Part shown: positions 61,613 to 64,000 of the stretch, piece after piece
How positions within the stretch are numbered: position 1 is the first letter of the stretch
Layout of the letters: every line of letters starts with the position of its first letter
DNA from: a bacterium
GTDB taxonomy: Bacteria; CAYTYR01; UBA6262
Assembly (NCBI GenBank): GCA_028712895.1
Contig: JAQTPL010000006.1
Span: forward strand, 239-64,238
DNA length: 64,000 bases
Direction of reading: 5' to 3'
Notes under the pieces: model-generated
Databases searched by the model: none
What the model saw: only the letters and a program-made list of their open reading frames with translations
Told to the model about the DNA's origin: nothing
Made by a program: the position numbers and the translations under genes

Positions 61613-63046
61613 TTACCGTTGCCAGATACAGATCCGGTTTTTCCCTTCTTTTTTTGCCTGATACATGGCTTCATCAGTTTTTTGGATGAAATCCTCTTTT
61701 AAATATTTCTTTTCGAACTGGGCAATGCCACCACTGATCGTGACTTGACCGATATCTTTAAAGTATTCTTCCTGTCGGGTGCTGGCTTCCACTGCCTCTC
61801 TTATTTTGTCAGCTATGGACATACCTCCGACAGCTTCTGTTTCTGGCAGGATCATCACGAATTCTTCACCGCCATAACGGCAGACGATGTCAACTTCCCG
61901 GGCATTACTTTTAATAGTGGCGCTGATATGTCTTAAAATAACATCTCCGGTCAAGTGGCCAAAGCGGTCATTGTAAGATTTAAAATTATCAATGTCGAAC
62001 ATTACCAGGGAGAGCGGGCGTCCGTAACGTTTGGCCCGGTTTATTTCCTTGGCTAGTTGTTCCTGGAAATACCGATGGTTGAATAAGCTGGTCAAAGCAT
62101 CGGTAATAGCTAAATTCCTGACTTCTTCATATAACCGCGCATTTTCAATGGCCACAGCGGCATAGTTTATGATAATGGAAAGATAATTCAAGTCGTCCTC
62201 TGTAAAGACAGCCAACCCGTTATCTTTTTTATCAGTAACGCTTAAAACCCCATGCACCTTATCTTTATGCACCAGGGGTACGCTGATAAATGATTTCCCC
62301 AGGTAATGGGGCCGGCTTTCCCGTTTGGTGCGTTCGTCACTTTCGATATCCTCAACCAGCATGGCTTCCCCATACTTAATCACAAACCCAGCGACTTTAT
62401 CGCCGATTTTCATTTTAGTTTTGCTGATAATTTCATCGGATAAGCCGATCGCTCCTTTGATAATCAACTGCCCGGTGTCCTCGTCCAGGAGCATTAAAGA
62501 GCCTTTTTCTGCTTTCAAAACTTCAGTTGATTTTCTGACGATAAAATCGATCAGTTCCCGCAGGTCCAGGATCGAAGACATCATTTTGCCTATTTCCAGC
62601 ACTGATTCGAGTTTGTCTTTTTCTGTTTTCAAGCTGGACAGCAACTCTTTATTTTCCAGGGTCAGCCGCTGTTCTTCCAAACCGCGCTTGATGATCATTT
62701 TAATACGGTTGATGTCAAACGGCTTAATGATATAGTCATACACGCCAGCTTCCAGGGCTTTGATCGCTGTTTCAGTCGTGGCAAAAGCCGTCACCATCAA
62801 AACGACGGTTTCCCGGTGCGCTTCCCTGATCTGTTTCATCACTTCCATACCGCTCATGTCCGTCAGCTTAATATCAACGATGGCAATATTAAAGAACTTT
62901 TTCTGTATTTGATCTATACCAGCAGCGCCGTTTTCAGCGGTAGTGACATTATATCCTTCACGTACCAGCAATGCTTCCAACATTTCCCGGATAACTTTTT
63001 CATCATCAACGATAAGTAATTCCGGTTTGTCCGGTTTTTTGATCAT
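61613..63046 (-). CDS. Response regulator with receiver + GAF + GGDEF (diguanylate cyclase) domains
   Basis: 477 aa. ELLIVDDE...DIKLTDMSG receiver, GAF middle, RYGGEEF active-site motif with RPLSLVMFDIDNFKSYND. Confidence 0.9.
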   Translation of the reverse strand: MIKKPDKPELLIVDDEKVIREMLEALLVREGYNVTTAENGAAGIDQIQKKFFNIAIVDIKLTDMSGMEVMKQIREAHRETVVLMVTAFATTETAIKALEAGVYDYIIKPFDINRIKMIIKRGLEEQRLTLENKELLSSLKTEKDKLESVLEIGKMMSSILDLRELIDFIVRKSTEVLKAEKGSLMLLDEDTGQLIIKGAIGLSDEIISKTKMKIGDKVAGFVIKYGEAMLVEDIESDERTKRESRPHYLGKSFISVPLVHKDKVHGVLSVTDKKDNGLAVFTEDDLNYLSIIINYAAVAIENARLYEEVRNLAITDALTSLFNHRYFQEQLAKEINRAKRYGRPLSLVMFDIDNFKSYNDRFGHLTGDVILRHISATIKSNAREVDIVCRYGGEEFVMILPETEAVGGMSIADKIREAVEASTRQEEYFKDIGQVTISGGIAQFEKKYLKEDFIQKTDEAMYQAKKEGKNRICIWQR

Positions 63047-63081
63047 TGCTCACGCCTGCCCTTTGTCTTGACTTATACCTA

Positions 63082-64000
63082 TTAAGCGTATTTTGGAAAA
63101 GTAACGGTAAAGGTAGTCCCCTGGCCTAATCTACTTTCAACTGAAATTGTACCCTGATGTTTCCTGACAATCTCGTTCACGATGGATAAACCCAGGCCGA
63201 TGCCTTTATCTTTGGTGGTGAAGAAGGGCTGGAAGATACTTTTTAGGTTCTCCTCGGGAATACCGACTCCACTATCTTTGATCTTTACTTTAATAAAATC
63301 CCTCTCTTCCATGCTCGTGATCGTTAACTCGCCGCCGGCGCCCATAGCCTGTAAAGCGTTATTGATCAAGTTGTCAAATATTTGTTTAAGCTGGTCCCGG
63401 TCGGCTTTGATCACACTTTTAATTTCCTGCAGCTTTTTAGTGACTTTAATATCATGCAGCTCAGCCTGGTATTCCTGCACCGGCAGGATTTCCCCCAGCA
63501 ACTCATTTATATTGACAGTATTGAAGATCGGGCTGATCGGCTGCGAAAAGGTTAATATTTCCATCACGATCTTGTTGGCCCGGTCTGCTTCTGATTCTAT
63601 ATCATTAATGCTCTTATTGGCTTCAGCGTCCGCACTACTCACTTTATCGCGCAGAAAATAAGCAGCCATTTTAATGCCGGTTAACGGATTTTTTAATTCA
63701 TGGCTTACTGCCGCGGCAATCTGGCCAAGAGCAGCCATTTTTTCTGACTGCAGCAGTTTTTTCTGCGCTTCTTTTAATTCTCCCGTCATAGTGTTGAAAG
63801 AAGCAGCTAATTCTTTCAGTTCATCATTAGTATCTACCCTGATCGTATGGTCAAAATCACTATTAGCAACAGCAATAGCTCCCTGACGCAGGCTTTCAAT
63901 AGCCTTGGTCAAAGGCCGGCCCACATAAAATCCAATAGCCAAAGCCAGCAATATACTAAATCCAGCCATAAAGATAATAGAGGACATGACTTTTCTTTTG
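63082..64000 (-). CDS. Sensor histidine kinase (HAMP + HisKA + HATPase), 5' end probably outside the window
   Basis: The reading frame stays open to nt 64000 upstream of the ATG at 63987. H-box AAVSHELKNPLTGI, N/G boxes NLINNALQAM, DSGVGIP, GIGLGLSIV. Confidence 0.85.
   Translation of the reverse strand, partial: KRKVMSSIIFMAGFSILLALAIGFYVGRPLTKAIESLRQGAIAVANSDFDHTIRVDTNDELKELAASFNTMTGELKEAQKKLLQSEKMAALGQIAAAVSHELKNPLTGIKMAAYFLRDKVSSADAEANKSINDIESEADRANKIVMEILTFSQPISPIFNTVNINELLGEILPVQEYQAELHDIKVTKKLQEIKSVIKADRDQLKQIFDNLINNALQAMGAGGELTITSMEERDFIKVKIKDSGVGIPEENLKSIFQPFFTTKDKGIGLGLSIVNEIVRKHQGTISVESRLGQGTTFTVTFPKYA

Overview
64-kb chromosomal segment from a diderm bacterium (TolC-family outer membrane factors, a secretin, RND and MacAB pumps). 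GC is moderate and I cannot assign the lineage by eye. There are about 60 protein genes and two tRNAs. All genes except an MFS transporter and a pilP-like/pilQ pair lie on the minus strand, in tightly packed arrays with many overlapping stop/start codons and frequent TTG/GTG starts behind strong GGAGG-type SD boxes. Housekeeping content: argS (partial), rsfS, nadD, proA, gltX, hisG, tpiA, rpiB, bioY. There are two tripartite efflux systems: ECF sigma/anti-sigma/LTXXQ protein + TolC-MacA-MacB, and TetR + TolC-MFP-RND. Also present are TrkH next to a KdpD/KdpE-like two-component pair and a dispersed nucleoside salvage/catabolism set (HAD, cdd, PfkB kinase, mtnP, pdp, punA, PiT + PhoU-like, deoB, split transketolase, deoC, rpiB, tpiA). 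The glycine-cleavage operon (gcvT-H-PA-PB) carries a lipoate ligase. The window also has three c-di-GMP proteins (two HD-GYP, one GGDEF), a vapBC pair, and tRNA-Gln and tRNA-Glu beside gltX. I saw no rRNA, CRISPR, transposase or integrase. Three things look unexplained. (1) A 611-aa protein has a complete DnaA-type AAA+ module but neither DnaA domain I nor the DNA-binding domain IV. A 310-aa paralogue shares its two novel terminal domains, and the pair brackets the gcv genes in one operon-like array with pilT, a lipoate ligase and a two-component system. (2) Nearly every longer intercistronic spacer is filled, from stop codon to just before the next SD, by a long imperfect hairpin whose arms are tandem arrays of degenerate 7-13-nt words; at least three word families recur. 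(3) A 220-232-nt element occurs twice in direct orientation, with a 25-bp closing inverted repeat in copy 1 and two conserved internal helices. It occupies spacers in the same way and looks like a structured RNA or MITE-like element. All calls come from reading the sequence and ORF track by eye; no searches or folding programs were run.
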